64,000 bases of DNA from Cycas panzhihuaensis (taxonomy: Eukaryota > Plantae > Cycadophyta). Below the pieces are notes generated by a model that was not told the DNA's origin, searched no databases, and saw only the letters and a program-made list of their open reading frames with translations. The DNA is taken from the NCBI GenBank assembly GCA_023213395.1, contig CM041465.1:158417741-158481740 (forward strand), read 5' to 3'. Within the stretch, counting starts at the first letter, position 1; each line of letters begins with the position of its first letter. Position numbers and translations under genes: made by a program. Of the stretch, positions 1 through 12,628 are shown in pieces.

Positions 1-403
1 TAACCTACCTTGAGAGAGCAACATATGTCATTATCAATGCTTTGTGGGCAAAGCATGTTTCGAAAGAGCAAGATTTATTATGGACCTATACCATTAACAG
101 AAATCGACCATCGGTATAGCTGGATCATGGGTTAATATAAGTTAGCCTCAATTATAATTATTTAAAGTCAATTTTATTATTATTAGGGACTAGGTATTTT
201 ATTATTATTATTATTGGAAGTTTTTAAAAGGCAATTAATTTTGACACCTCTAAATATAGGACCATGATTCATTTGTAAATCATCTTTTGTGAGTTAATCA
301 ATTTGGAGTCTTTTGACCATTTAGCTCCTAGGAGCTTCTATTTAGCTTTCATTTCAGTTTTTTTTTATCTTTGTGGAAGTATACTTGATTTAGGATTATT
401 ATA
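1..403 (+). mobile_element. 3' tail and degenerate 3' LTR (~76-403) of a Ty3/Gypsy element entering from upstream of the window
   Basis: 38-72 (atgctttgtgggcaaagcatgttt..aaagagcaaga) resembles the pol-end/PPT of the Gypsy at 7840-7878. It is followed by TATTATG (decayed TGTTATG) at 76 and an end ggattattata (~403) like the Gypsy LTR end gaatcctcaca at 8363. Confidence 0.45.
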
Positions 404-3002
404 GGATGCCATAAGTGACAACTTCATAAGTTTGAGGAACGATATAACAAGCCTTAGAAACATGATGAGTGGAGCTACACAAAAATTCAATAAGAGATTG
501 AATGATCACAACGGCGAAACAGGACCATCCCACAAAAAGGAAGAATTCTTTGAAGAAAGGGATTGAGAAGGTAAACTAAAGAAAAGGCTCAAGGATACCA
601 AATTCCTTCAAGAAAAGTTTGATCTAGAGAAGTCAAAAGACATTTGTAGCTAGATAATCCAAATAAAAATTTATTTCCAAATGAATATTGGATCAACAAA
701 AGAAAAAATATTAGTGGCTTCCCTTCTCTTATATGAAAAGGCACTTAAGTGGTTCCACTGGTGGAATAGAATCTATCAAGGGACAGAACATTATAATTAA
801 GATTTCTTAAAAGTAACCCTAATGGAACAATATGAAGACACTCAGAACATAGACTCCTTCCCTCGGTTTATGCATTTACAACTGATTAGTTTAGTATAAG
901 CCTACACAGAACAATTCTAGAATCTACAAAGCTTGATCACCAAGGACATCGAGGATGAACTGCTAATATAGGCATATATTATAGGACTTAAAGGGAATAT
1001 TAAGTTCCATTTAAAAACACAAATAGTAGTAACCCTATGTAACATAATCTGCTAAGTAAATAATGTTAAGGCTAAATTTCCAAAAGTAAGACAAAGTTAC
1101 GTCCATTGTAATGAACCCCCTCAATATCAAGGATAAAGTTACCCACTTAACTAGAATCTCTTAGGCCTGAAAGTTAAGCCTCCACTTATAGAAGAGAAAG
1201 AAGGTGGGCTAACAAGAAATAAACTATCCAATCCAAACATCTAAAATGAGTAACTTATTTTAATTACAGAGAAAAATAGAAGCATAGCCATAAGTGCCTA
1301 ATAAAAAAGGTATTCATGATTAATAATGAGGACACAAATAACCCAAACTCAAATGAATAAGAAGAAGAGCTGCAACCAATCAATGAGGAAGTAGAAATTA
1401 AGGGGTTAGTTATTCATATAGAAGCCAAAAACATGTAAATATCATTGCAAGCAATTATAGGAAAGAACAATACCTCCCAAACACTACAATTCAAAAGGAG
1501 GATCGAGAACACAAAAATATTGATTTTGATGGATAGTAGTGACACTCACAACTTTATTACTAGGCCAACAATAGTTAGACTCAGGCTTCAAATAGAACCC
1601 CTTAAGTTATTTTAAGTCACTATCGTAAATAGAAAGAGCATACCATGTGGAGGTTACTACAAGAAGGTATAATTAGAAATAGTGGACTATTTAATAAGTA
1701 TGGTAATGTTATCCATGCCCATAGGAGTCATCGACATAGTCCTCAGCATTCAATGGCTACAAAAACTCAGGAATATTGTTATCAACTACAAGACCCATTT
1801 CATGAGTTTTTATTTTTTAGAAAAGGCATAAGTATAAATTATAGGCACCACCCATACCACCAACCTAACTAATGGCCTCTTACCAGATGGAGAAGTTATT
1901 GAGGGAAAACTAAACTTTATATGTGATGATATACTATAAAATCGCAATTGAAGATATTCCATAAAAGGTACATACACTCATTGATCAACATAGCAAAGTC
2001 TTTGAAGACTAACCCCACAGGTTACCATCAAGTCATAGATGCAAATGCAATATCAAGTTAGCACTAAGGGCCACAGTAGTAAACATTCTACCATAACGAC
2101 ACCCATATCATTTCAAAAAGGAGATTCAATGAATTACTTAGAATCTCTTGTAGCAAGGGTACATTACCCCCAACTTTAGCCCTTTCACGTCCCAAGTTAT
2201 ACTAAGTCGAAAGAAAGATGGATCATACCAGATGTGTATCAACTACCAAGGACTTAACAAGCTCACAGTCAAGAATAGGTACCAAATTCCCCGAATAGAC
2301 AAGCTACATGCAGCTGGGTATTTTTCTAAGATTGATCTACATTTGTGATATGATCAAATCCTAATTAAGGTAGAAGATGTATACAAAACAACTTCCTAAA
2401 CCCATGAAGGATTATTTAAATTTTGTGTCATGCCATTTAGGTTAACTAATGCCCTAGCCACATTCTAGAGCACCATGAACAATATATTGAAACCCTTCCT
2501 TTGAAAGTTTATGTTAGTATTCTTTGTCAACATATTAATTTATAGCTAAACATGGGAAGAGCACTTAGAACACCTCAGAGTTGTACTATAAGTGCTAAGA
2601 GATAACTAGTTCTTTACAAACAAGGAAAAATACACCTTTGGGTGAACATAAGTAGAATATATTGGATATATTATCACCCAAGAAGGTGTCAAAATGAATC
2701 TCAAGAAGGTCCAAGAAATTATAGAATGGCCCACACTAAAGAATGTAATAAGTGGGAGAAGCTTCTTAGGCATTGTTGATTTTTATGTTAGTTCATCAAA
2801 GGATATGCCCACGTTATAGCAGAAAGAGGGATTCACATGGAGCGAATTAATAGGGGATGTATTCCAAGGACTGAAAATAATAATGGTAATAGCCATAGTG
2901 CTCATAACCCAAGATTTTAGTTATCCATTCAGTTTAGAATATGATGCATCAAGAGTAGGACTAGGAGTCATACTCCTCCAAGACAACCAACCGTTGATAT
3001 AT

Positions 3003-3381
3003 TGTTAGAATTATAACATAGTAGATCTATTGGACATATGAAAATATAATAAAGTACATATACATGATGTGATAATAATTGTAAACAATAATGAAACAAA
3101 CAAAAGAATGAAGTATGTATAATACATAAGACAATAAATCTTATGGGAAATGATCATTTCCCATTATTGCATTAGATATGAATGCATACTTATAATATAT
3201 AATCACCTCATACTTGTCCAATCATATGTAAAAACCCTTATGTCCACTAATTAGACATTTACATGGATAGGTATACACCACCTTGTACACAACTTAATAT
3301 ATCCCAATTCAATAATCCTATGAAAGAATTAAGGGGAACTCCTTAATATTAACATTAACTAATTAAGCATTATTTCTAACA
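3003..3381 (-). repeat. Element L 3' LTR
   Basis: Direct repeat of 5732-6110, adjacent to the PPT. Confidence 0.88.
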
Positions 3382-4519
3382 CCCCCCCCCCCCCTATAAT
3401 GTTTAATTATATAATTTAAATGTCACATCAACATAATATCAACACTTCATTACATCATCAACACTCTTTCATCAAGGCAGGAACTATTTGTCTTCTTCAA
3501 TAAGACAAGAACCATCTACCTTCTCCAATATCCATCTCTAACTTATACAAGTTGTTCAAGTAGAAGTTACATACCAACTAATTCTTATTGGAATTCATAT
3601 AAAGAAATCTCCATCTATTGAACTACAGGGATAACCAACTGTTGCAATTATCAGTTCTCTAGGAAACTCTTTCAGGTACACGGTTTTATCAACATCAAGT
3701 CAACTATTCTAGAAACAAGCCAAACTACTTGGCTAGTCAAATAATTTAAAAGCAAGAGTAGCAAGTGGATTCCACCTCTTGATATATAGGATTTAACAGT
3801 AACTTCTTCTCCTTCTTGAAGCCTTCACCAAATGGCTTCATTTGATATTAGCAATGCTCTCATTTGGCTTGCTCTCAACACATAGCCACCTAATCTTGGG
3901 ATTGCAAAGGTCACCATCCATCTATCAATCAACAAACAATTATGCTTAAAGTTTCAAACTCTAAGCTCTTCAAGATTACATACAGGTTGCTTATTTGTTC
4001 AAAAATATACAGCATACAAATACTAGTAACATAGGATATAACTTCATAAGAAATAAAAATAAGTCTCTCATTAAGTATTTTTAACCAATATAAGTTCTTT
4101 TGAGACTTATAAATAAATTAAGCCTATTTTCCTTGATTAAAATCTACCTAACATCAAACTCAAAAGATGTCATGCCATAGCTCATTTTGACTGTGATAAA
4201 ATAACGAAACTAATACACTTGACAACACCTTGATCTGATATTTTAGTGATGAATTATTGAAGAAAGACTGCTAGCATGATATCTAGAAATTAGAATTGGA
4301 CAAAAATAAGAACAAGCCTTTTTTGTTAATAGGTTCAAGTCATACACTCATCTTTATATGGCCATCCTGGTGCTTTGATCAGGGAGCTACTGTAGACTTT
4401 AACTATAATCTTAATTTAATTAAATTACATAAAGCATTAGAAAATATAATTTTACTATTTAAAAAATATGTGGTCATACAATAACCTGGTGATTAAATCT
4501 AGTTAAATCATTCATCACA

Positions 4520-5117
4520 ATGATTTCTCCGGTAGCTTCACTCTTACCTTTGGCTAGAGTAGTGGTTTCCTTTTACTCCTCTCAGTACTTAAATCCACAA
4601 CCTACCCTTCACTAAATAGTATTGCCCTACAATTTTCTATAAGTCATAATCCTTTTCTTTCCCATTGACATCCCCTTCAAGCATTTCCCAAAGCCATTTA
4701 ATTTGCAAAGCTACTAGATGTCCATGATTGATGACAATCCCCCTATGTTAACCATAAATAATACACGAATCAATAAGATACTTGAGCATTGCCCATCAGT
4801 GTATTGTAGCCTGTAAGATCATGGGAGGATCCAAAGAACAAGCATTATCGACTTCCTGTGTACTTCAGATGATCCACATTGCCTCTCAAATATATGATGA
4901 CCTCCATTATATAGATGATGACCCACTTCATAGGGGCCAGCCTTCCAATCATATCATTTTTAGTGTTGACATGGTAGTTCTGGCAAGAGACGCTCTCTTC
5001 CCTCTCGATTTTGAATGCATTGTTCCAGTTGCAAGATTGGTCAAAGTGATAGCCCCGATAGTAAGGACTATGGGATCTAAGGGGATGGTTGGGCAACATA
5101 TAGATTTGAAGTGCTAA
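4520..5117 (+). pseudogene. Captured, decayed 5' part of a plastid geranylgeranyl diphosphate synthase small-subunit (SSU-II/GGR-like) gene
   Basis: ATG 4520 plus transit-peptide-like stretch, FNLQSY*MSMI, IHESIRY, CxxxC motif CIVAC, SCVLQMIHIASQIYDDLHYIDDDPLHRGQPSNHIIFSVDMVVLARDALFPL (FARM region), MGSKGMVGQHIDL. Contains stops and deletions; antisense to element L. Confidence 0.85.
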
Positions 5118-5731
5118 CTTTGAATCCACCTTGTAGCTAGTTTGGTAGTGTGATTAAGATTAGACCAGGTCACATTGTCTCTACTAATAACATTTTCATT
5201 ATTCATAAATAGAAGAGCTAACCAAAACAAAAATAGAGAGTGAGTGTTATAACTTGTTATAGGTGTGATATCACATGTTATTCTATTCAATGTTTTGTGG
5301 ATTAAAGTGCCCTATTTGGATGTTGGATTGTTATCTTCAGTGCTGAAAATGTTCCCAAGTTTTAGAGGAAAACCTTATATATGCCCAATGGTTCTCTTAT
5401 ATTCAACTAATCTTTCAAATCTAAATTACATGATGGACTTATTCTAGAAATATTCCACATCCCAACAAATACTCTATTTTTTATTATCTATGTATTGCAT
5501 CCATAATATTTCTGAATTCCTTTACTTTAGCACTTCAGGTGACACTTGTGCCAATTTGCATACAAATGGCAGATGGGATTGTGATAATGATAAAAGTTTA
5601 ATATCTTCATCTTTTGTTCTACTTTCAGCATCCTAAGCATCTGTCTCAATTTCTAGTGAAGCCATTTATTCATTAGAAAGTAAGGCCATATAACCTACAC
5701 ATCTCAATCTCGTTATCTTACTCTAATACTA

Positions 5732-6110
5732 TGTTAGAATTATAGAAGAACAGATATATTGAACATATAAAGATATAATAAAGCACATATACATGCGGTG
5801 ATAACAGATGTAAATAATAAATGAACAAATGAAAGAATGAAGTATGTGCAATATATAAGACAATAAAACTTGTGGGAAATGATTATCTCTATTTATCGCA
5901 TTAGGTATGAATACATACTTATAGTACATAGTCACTTCATACTTATCTAATCATATGTAAGAACCTTTATGTCCACCTAAAGGACATTTATATAAATAGG
6001 TGTGTACCACCTTACATACAACTTAACATATCTTAATTCAATAATCCTATGAGAGAGTTATAGGGGACTCCTTAACATTAACATTAATAAATTAAACATT
6101 ATCTCTAACA
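5732..6110 (-). repeat. Element L 5' LTR
   Basis: Direct repeat of 3003-3381, adjacent to the decayed PBS. Confidence 0.88.
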
Positions 6111-7878
6111 CATATAAAAGTCATAAACTAAATACAAAAGAATGGCTAAAACCCATTTACGATAAGGAGACACTACCAATCATACACACTATACACCAAT
6201 GATGATAATATTTACTAAGAAGGAAATTTATGGTCAAGATCAATATTAATAATCTCAAATACTTCCTAAATCAGAAAACCTTATCGAATGAATAACAAAA
6301 ATGGGTAAGTAAATTCCAGAGCTTTAATTTCGATATCATTTACAAGAAGGGGAAAGAAAATGTTATTGTAAATGTATTATTGAGAATCCCCAAGGATATC
6401 CCTAAGCAAAAAAAAAAAATCCCTGTGTAGGCAATTTCTATAACCACCCTAACCTAGATCTAAGAGCTTACTCGAGAATATCAAGATGACTTAATGTTCT
6501 AAAAAATACTATAGAAAATTTATACCAAAGAGCAAACTAAGTATAAACTAAGGGGTGACCTAATCCTACTAAAGGGTAAGATCATAGTACCAACCATATC
6601 ATATTAAAAAGTATAATTTTATTCGAAGCACACTCCACCTCAATAATAGGACATGTGGGGATTGAAAGTCTATAATAAATTTTTTTGAAAAGGAATAAAA
6701 AAACATATCCACAATTTCGTCTTAGAATACAATATATGTCAAAAGAACAAGAGTGAAAGCATAAAGATTCTAGGGGTACTCTAACCACTATATATACCAA
6801 AGTAAAAATTGGGAGAGATCTCAATAGATTTTATAACAAGGTTTCCCAAATTAGAAGGCAAAAATACGATCTTCATCATAGTTGGTTGTCTAACCAAATA
6901 TGCCCATTTTAGGGGAATCCAAACAACTGCAAAATCAAGTCATATCACCAAGCTCTTCATCAAGGAGATCCACTACCTTCATGGATTCCTGAAAGTTATT
7001 GCTAGTAAATATGATCCTAAGTTCACAAGCAACTTTGGTTAAGAACTATTCAAACAAACAATCACAAAACTCTCATGAGTATAACCTATCACTCTCAAAT
7101 TGACGATCAAATAGATGTAGTAAATAAATGTTTGGAAAGATATAAATAGAATTTCACATCTGATAAACAACAACTGTAGCATAAATGACTTCACAAGTGG
7201 TGGTACAATACCACCTACCATATAACCTTCAAAATGGCCCCCTTCCAATCTCTATACAGGTTGAAACTTCCACCAATTCTTGCATGGGATATTACCTCAC
7301 AAGTCTAATCCATTCAAGAACAACAAGAGAAAATGGAGAGAACAATGTAAATACTCAAAGACAACTTAAATCTAGCCAGAAATTGGATGAAACAACAAGT
7401 AGACCTACACAAAGTAGAATGATCATTCATGGTAGAAGTTTGGTTTTTTCTAAGGCTTCAACCTTATAAATAGGTCACAATAAAACAATCAAGCAAATTC
7501 AAATTACAACCATGATTCTTTGGCCCATATCATATTTTAAGAAAACTAGGAGAAGTGGCATATCAACTCAATTTATTACTAAGGAGTCGTATCCACATCG
7601 TCTTCCACATCTCATGTCTTAAATGAAAGCTAGGATAAACTACTATTCCATAGACAAAATTACCAGTACTAGACGAAGAAGGCAAGATAATTATAGAACC
7701 AAAAGGCATCTTATAGATACAGACTAGGAAACTGTGCTCTAAGGAAATTCAAGAGTACATGATAAAGTGGAAGACCCTTTACTGCAAAAAATCCAATTGG
7801 GAATCTAAATAGTAGTACCAACAACCTATGAACCTTCCCATGCTTTGAGGGTAAAGCATGTTTTTAAGGGAAGGGACT

Positions 7879-8363
7879 TGTAACATTCCTAATCTAGAAG
7901 ATTGACTTCATTATACAGTATTTATTAGTTATTATGTAGTATTCTAGTCAACTTCGTTACTTATTCTTGCCAACTTTAGCTATGTCTTTTGGGCGACTTC
8001 TTTAAGTGGATTTTACTTACCTATATATAGGGCTTTTTAACCTAGGACTTGGGCATCAATTTGGGTTCTAGCTCTACCATATATTTAACCTTAAGGATCC
8101 ATTTTTGGGAGAATGTCTTGCCTCAAAGAGGAAGCTAGAGACTCAATTTTACTTATTATAAGTTTGGTATCTTTTATACATACATTATTGATGTTATTTC
8201 ACTTTAATATTTAGTCTATTTGATCATTGAAGTTGTGGATATTGTACTTTTCACTTTAATATTTTCTTTTAGTACTTGTTTACTTGTACAAAACTCTAAA
8301 AGATAGTCTTGTGTATGGATATTATCTATGTTTGAAGTGTGAATTTCCCTTAGAATCCTCACA
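7879..8363 (+). repeat. 3' LTR of the Gypsy chromovirus
   Basis: TGTAACA starts right after the PPT, TATA-like tatatatag at ~8022, ends ..tcctcaCA, after which Copia gag sequence resumes. Confidence 0.65.
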
Positions 8364-11146
8364 TAAGCCTTAGACTGACAAAGAGTTCTCTAAGGGGCCC
8401 AAAACACACCTGTTATTACTATGGTAAGCCTAGCCACATATAAGAATACTATGAAAAAAAGAACTACAACATCATGAAAAAGAATCGAAGAGGACAAGTA
8501 AGAGGGCATGGATATAGAGGCCACTATACATCAAAAGATGAACAATTATTTGTAGTAACATATTAATCCAAACATAACATAGCAAATGCTTAGATTGTTA
8601 ATTTAAGGGCAACTCACCACATGATAGAAAACGTTTAATAGCTAAAGGATGTCAAACAAACTAAAGGTGAAAGTATGACTTTTAAAAATAATCAAACCTT
8701 ATCAGTAAAAGGAATTGGTAAAGCACCATTAATCATGAGTAATTAGAAAAAATTATTTATAGGAGGTGTCTTGTTTAGACCAGGCTAACAATAAGTTTAT
8801 TATTAGTCAGTTAGATAGAAGATCAAAATATGAGTGCCTTCTTCTAAAATAAGAAGTGTCTCATTAAAATCCACAAAAATTAAGTCGTCATTATTGCTAA
8901 ATAAGAATATAGCCTTTACAAATTAATGGCCAAACTTGGAGGCTCCAAAGCCTTTATTTCTAATGTGACCACAAAGAACAAATTATGGCATGAAAGAATG
9001 AGTTATTTAAACTATTTCACTCTCAAATTAATACTTGAGTTAAACATGGTACATGGTTTACCTAAAATAGTTGTAGATAAATATATATATGAAGCATGCA
9101 TAATGAAAAAGCAACATAAGAATAAGTTTGAAAATGATAATGCTTGGAGAGAGTCAAATTAGAATTTATCCATTCTTAGCTATGTGGTTCAATGAAGGCA
9201 CAATCACTTAGAGGCTTTATGAACTTTATGATTTTTATTGATCATCTCTCAAACAAAGTTTAGGTATGCTTTCTAAGAAATAAGTCGCAGGCCTTTGAAA
9301 ATTTTAATTACTTCAAACAAAATTGAAAGTGAATCAAACAAGAAGATAGAGATCCTCAAGTCTTTTTTTCTTTTATCAAGGTTTGGTGGGGGGGATGGAA
9401 TGGAATACACCTCTAAAGAATTCAACCAATTATGGAAGCAACATGATATCAGAAGACAATATTCTGCCCCCCAGGCACCTAAATAGAATCAAGTAGTTGA
9501 GAGGATGAATAAGACCTAAGTAGAAAGTGTTAAGACAATGATTAAAGCTATGGGTCTTTCAAATTTATTTTTAAGAGAAGTGATTAGAACTACAATTTAT
9601 CTGACCAATAGAAGCTCCACAAAAGTAATTAGGAAAAAGATACCAAAGAACGTTTAGACAAGCAAAATAACTAAGTATGCCACTTAAGAGTCTTTGCATA
9701 TAATGCCTTTTTCTACATTTCTAAAGGATCAAAACACAATGACAAAATATATTTTTCTTAATTATAATAATGTAACTAAAGCATAGAAATTGTATGATTC
9801 AAACACCAAGAAAATACATGTATCATATTATCCTTGAAAAGATAACATGGAATTGGACCTAATCACATTCCAACCCCAAATAAATAAGGATAAAGCAATC
9901 TTGGATCTGATAAAAACATCAAATTCCTCCTCAAACTCACCCAATACCTACTTAAGTGCACCATTCAATCAACATAAATTGTAGAGTACTTTGACCAATG
10001 AGGATCTTGAAATTAAAGTAACAGAAACTGGTATCTAAAAACAATTGTCAATGCACAACTTCTAGAACATGATGGGAAGTGACAATTAAAGATGAGACCT
10101 CTACGCTAAATAAACTATACCCTCATGGCCAATGTATGTAGCACTAATGAGACTTTTACTTTGAAGGAAGTAAGGCTAAAAAAAAAAGTGGGAACATGTA
10201 CTTGATAAAGAAATGTAATCTATAAAAAAGAATGATACTTGGGATTGGTTGAATTACATAAAAACAAAGAGGCCATAAGATGCAAATGGATATATAAGAC
10301 CAAGTTTAACTCTATGGAATAGTAGAGAAGCATAAAGTTAGACAAATAGCCAAAGGGTTAAAAACAAAAAGAAAGGCACAAATTTTCAATGGCCAAGATG
10401 ATCAACATCAGAGATATTTTAGCTTTAGCAATACAATGCAAGTGACCTATATACCAATATAATGTCAAAAGTGCATTTCTCAATGGAAAACTACTAGAAA
10501 ATGTCTCTTTAGAGTAGACACCCTAATGATTAGGAAAAGAAAAGAACCATCTATTGTGTTACCTTGAAAAGGCATTGGATGGACTGAAATAGGCTCCTAA
10601 AGCGTGGTACTCAAAATTTGATAATTACTTTCAAAGAAGTTGAATGCAAAGGTCTTAATATGACCCAAATCTATATATCAAGGTTCAAAATTAACATGTG
10701 ACCCTTGTAACGTTATATATGGATGACTTAATTATTACAGGGGTGGCACAAATATAATACAGAATCTCGAAGGGGATTTGAAGAATAATTTAAAGAAGTC
10801 AAATTTTGAACTTATATATTATTGTTTTGCTATTAAAGTCTAGCATAAGTCAGATAACATTTTCATTTCTTAGGCTAAGGATATATAGGAGGTTTTGAAA
10901 TGATTTAGAATGAAGGATTGCAAAACTTCAACTACCCCTACGAAGATAAGTATTAAATTAACAACTAATGAGAGAGGAGAATTAGTTAATCCCACATTAT
11001 GTAGATAACTAGTTGGTAATCACATCTACTTGACTACAACTAGACATAATACCACCTATGTAGTTGTCATCTGTTCTAGATTCACATCTAAACCCAAATA
11101 GAGTTATTAGAATGCTACAAAGTGAATCCTCTGAAACTTGAAAGGA
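8364..11146 (+). mobile_element. Copia A, degenerate internal part (gag zinc knuckle, PR, GAG-pre-integrase, IN, RT)
   Basis: CYYYGKPSHI zinc knuckle ~8411; LWHERMSYLN..MVHGLPKI..EACIMKKQH 8926-9162; EYTSKEFNQLWKQHDIRRQYSAPQAP; RT KNDTWDWLN.., ALDGLK*APKAWY, YMDDLIITG. IN-RT linker resembles Copia E/G. Confidence 0.88.
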
Positions 11147-12181
11147 GATATCGCAAACATTAGCCTTCTACCTTGGTGTCATAATTCATAACAATTCCAA
11201 GAATGGAGATTGATGTTGACAAGCTTGTGTTATTGCTGAGCTATAGATATCTTCTAATAATTGCCACCTCTAAGATTGTTAAATCATTTTTTGTCTATGT
11301 TTGTTATACAAGGACTGTTGTCAAGAAAGTTTCAATTCGATTCTAATTTCATATTATAGATACACACTCAAGCTCTAAATAGCCAATTTATCTAAGATTG
11401 TTAAACACACCTTTTTTTCAAAATATTGATGGTATTGTTTTGAGTTTACACTCTCGTAAATATAGTAGTTTATATCAATTTCTAGGCAACTTATGACCCA
11501 AGTTTCTTCCCTTCCACTTTAGTATATTTGATTTGCTTGGACTTGTTAGGTAATGGGGTTGACATCCATTTATGGGTCTTTTGGCTCTTGCATTTTTCAA
11601 TTGTTTAATCACTACCTAATATATACTTCACCAAGATTAGTGTAGCACTTAACATCTTCTCCTATATGTATGTGATCTTTAAATTCTTGTCCATTAAACT
11701 TTGTATTATCTTCTTCATAGATACCATGAATTTTGTCTTTTGAAACATGATTTGGGATGTCAATGGTCTCTTGAGAATCTACTATATCTAAGTGTTTCTA
11801 TATTTCAACTTCATTATTGCTACAATATAATTGAATGACACAAGTTTTATCTTTTGCTTCCTTAATTTTCATGTTGTCTAGTTGATCCAATCTCACTTCT
11901 TTATGTTCACATATTTTGAGATGTCAACTTTTTTAGGGTTCCACTTGTACAATAATGGTTTGGTGTGTAGCTTATTTCCCCCCGAAACCTCACTGTCTCG
12001 CTTTGCTATAAGTGCATCTAACCTCATTATTATTGTTTCAAAACCCTCTTCTTTGATATTTGCATCATATTCACTGCATTATTTGTGTATTAATTCAATG
12101 TTTATTAACATTTTGATTTGTTATTTTTATGCTCTGTGGATTCTTATGAGTAGTTCCGTTGTTGACTTTAAGAAATATTAT
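11147..12181 (-). mobile_element. Highly degenerate coding-like insert, possibly the gag region of another retroelement; probably continues at 17299-~17770 past Copia B
   Basis: Interrupts the Copia A RT abruptly. The minus strand has long K/E/N-rich stretches broken by scattered stops and no diagnostic motif. Confidence 0.35.
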
Positions 12182-12628
12182 TGTTAGAATAATGTTGTTT
12201 TTTCATGTATTAATGATATCTCTTAATAAGGTTTTTTTTATAATGCTACTTTATATTAATTAATTCATTGAAATGGACAACCACCCATTTTATCGAACCT
12301 TCATCTTCTTTAAAATATCTCCTTCTAGATTCTAGGAGTTTGATCAGGTTGGTCAAAGATTGACTCACAAAGTGGACGTTGTACATAGGATAGGCTGGCA
12401 TCAATAAAGAGGGAGGATGAGATCCTCACCATTATCATCTCTATAGCTGTAAAATATATTCAAAATTTAATATATATTACTATATTTTAGGAGATGGTTT
12501 TTTAATCCCCACTAGGGTGTTTTCCCACTTGTCAAATATGGTATACTTGTATTGATTTATTTTGCAGATCTATGTATTTGATTTAATTGAGATGATGATA
12601 CCTATGTATAATTTAACCCTCTCTAGCA
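12182..12628 (+). repeat. Copia B 5' LTR
   Basis: TG..CA, direct repeat of 16841-17298, followed by the PBS. Confidence 0.92.

Larger units (their letters stand above)
3003..6110 (-). mobile_element. Element L: non-autonomous (pol-less) LTR retrotransposon carrying a host gene fragment, inserted in the Gypsy RNase H
   Basis: 379-bp direct LTRs 3003-3381 and 5732-6110 (TG..CA); TSD tatat/catat; poly-C PPT complement 3382-3394; decayed Met PBS ctctaatacta 5721-5731; Gypsy RNase H frame rejoins across it; no RT or IN inside. Confidence 0.88.
404..8363 (+). mobile_element. Degenerate Ty3/Gypsy chromovirus-type LTR retrotransposon (gag-PR-RT-RH-IN-chromodomain), 5' end outside the window, interrupted by element L
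   Basis: gag ~450-1300; protease ILMDSSDTHNF ~1520; RT KKDGSYQMCINYQGLNKLTVKNRY ~2210 and FCVMPFRLTNA ~2420; RNase H NQPL.Y|KSHKL split at 3002/6111; integrase ISIDFITRFPKLEGK 6809-7042; chromodomain IQEYMIKWK..NWE ~7745-7803; PPT aaggggaaggga 7866-7876; many stops and frameshifts. Confidence 0.9.

Noticed and set aside
5370-5400. YMPNGSL kinase-like peptide in the element L leader
   Set aside because: Only seven residues, and the flanking frame lacks other kinase subdomains; could be chance.
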